From contig OX597831.1 of assembly GCA_951406725.2 (NCBI GenBank), positions 6,324,001 to 6,388,000 on the forward strand: a stretch of DNA of 64,000 bases. The letters run 5' to 3'. How positions within the stretch are numbered: position 1 is the stretch's first letter; each line of letters starts with the position of its first letter. The notes under the pieces are model-generated. The model did no database searches. It was not told where the DNA came from and saw only the letters and a list, made by a program, of their open reading frames with translations. This DNA is from Octopus vulgaris. Taxonomy: Eukaryota. This document shows, one piece after another, positions 62,609-64,000 of this stretch. A program made the translations under genes and the position numbers.

Positions 62609-62930
62609 ACAGGGTCTCTCAAAAGTCCCTGATGGGTTTCAATTTCTAATAACTTCCTTAACTCTACAAATAAATGCCTGAAATTTTGATACAATATATA
62701 AAGGACATAATGGAAATTAATATGAAAAATGACATCGCTCAAACGGCAGCCATTATCGTCTTCGCACACCCGTGCCCTTTCCAAAACTTGCACCATGACA
62801 CCCTCAAGAGTTTCAGACCCCACTTCTCTGATTTCTCTATCAATGTTCTCCTTCAGTTGCACCAGGGTCTCCGGTTTGTTGATGTAAATCCTGGCGCACA
62901 TGGCGGAGACGTAAACCAACCCCTCCACCC
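62609..62930 (-). mobile_element. Tc1/mariner 3' relic
   Basis: cagggtctctcaaaag terminus; IYINKPETLVQLKENIDREIREV...LERARVCEDDNGCRLSDVIFH is a transposase C-terminus. Confidence 0.75.
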
Positions 62931-63073
62931 TTAATTTTTTTTTTTTTAACGGAAACCTACGTTTCTGAAAACAAATTGGCGAAAATCGCAACTTCAAAAT
63001 TTCAATTCCCCACCTTCCTTCATTTTTCACTTTTTATCAGAAATCTTTTTTGGGGAAATACGTAGAAAAATAC

Positions 63074-63323
63074 GGTACTACTTGGGAACATGGTCCCGGT
63101 GCGCGCACTCGCATACTCGCGCATCCGCGCTAGCTAGTCATGACTAGTCGATCCTTACTTTGTGTTTTTGTGTGTTATTTACTTTGTTTAACAAAAATTA
63201 TTTACTTTGTGTTTTATTTACTTTGCTAGGTAGTCGTTGTAGGATCGACAAGTCACGACTAGCTAGCGCGGATGCGCGACTACGCGAGTGCGCGCACCGG
63301 GACCACTGTTCTCAAGTAGTACC
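63074..63323. mobile_element. Mutator-like MITE with ~80-bp CpG-rich TIRs and 9-bp TSD
   Basis: gaaaaatac|ggtactacttg...gtcgatcct ... aggatcgac...caagtagtacc|gaaaaatac. Confidence 0.8.
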
Positions 63324-64000
63324 GAAAAATACGGAGATTATGATTCTGAAAACAAAAATTGTCTGTAAAATTTCAATTTTTCAAAAAAAATAAATCACCC
63401 CACCCCCTCCAATTCTACAGCCTTCAAGCTGGCTATCCACATGGTAGAAATAACAGCCAAATCTCATAGGAATTTGTTGGGTGAAAAAAAAACTGCGATA
63501 AAATAATGAAAGAAATCCGTAATCACTCTATTTCACCTTTCGGCAAAGATTTCTTTCAGAGAAATTTCCCGCAGTAAAATGAGGAAATACTGCGAGAAAG
63601 TTGTAAAAAAGGAGTCTGTTGGAGATTTAGCTGTTATTTCTGCTCTCGTATTTTTTTGTAATTTACAAGTTTCAGTTTGTAGAAAAAAACACTTTCAGTT
63701 GTAAAAAAAAAATTTAAAAAAAAAAACCCAACGAGCAGGAGTGGCTGTGTGGTAAGTAGCTTGCTAACCAACCACGTGGTTCCGGGTTCAGTCCCACTGC
63801 GTGGCATCTTGGGCAAATGTCTTCTACTATAGTCCCGGGCCGACCAATGCCTTGTGAGTGGATTTGGTAGACGGAAACTCAAAGAAGCCTGTCGTATATA
63901 TGTATATATATATATATATATGTATGTGTGTATGTTTGTGTGTCTGTGTTTGTCCCCCTAGCATTGCTTGACAACCGATGCTGGTGTGTTTACGTCCCCG

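Overview
Eukaryotic, AT-rich, microsatellite- and SINE-dense genomic DNA. The repeat families and gene set fit an octopod (coleoid cephalopod); that attribution is inference. Almost all six-frame ORFs are artefacts of microsatellites and SINEs. Three spliced protein-coding genes can be assembled by hand from GT-AG junctions with consistent phases. (1) Tropomodulin, + strand, 8 coding exons 1493-9974, first coding exon outside the window, probable long 3' UTR to ~12.5 kb. (2) A single-Sushi/CCP, single-pass membrane protein with SUSD3-like architecture and no signal peptide, - strand, ~42691 to 22567, with a run of symmetric phase-2 cytoplasmic mini-exons and a probable alternative 3' end near 19.6 kb. 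(3) The 3' part of an AA15-LPMO/chitin-binding-type-4 protein, - strand, 62249 to 57064, whose copper-site motifs look degenerate and which ends in two tandem Cys-rich modules. The rest is at least five SINE families, CR1/L2-, R4-like and Penelope fragments, Tc1/mariner relics, non-autonomous Helitrons and MITEs. The most unusual structure is a near-perfect 432-bp intronic inverted duplication with a 38-bp extension. In the Sushi-gene pre-mRNA it would pair on both sides of, and loop out, a GC-rich exon-like segment that is in frame except for one TGA.
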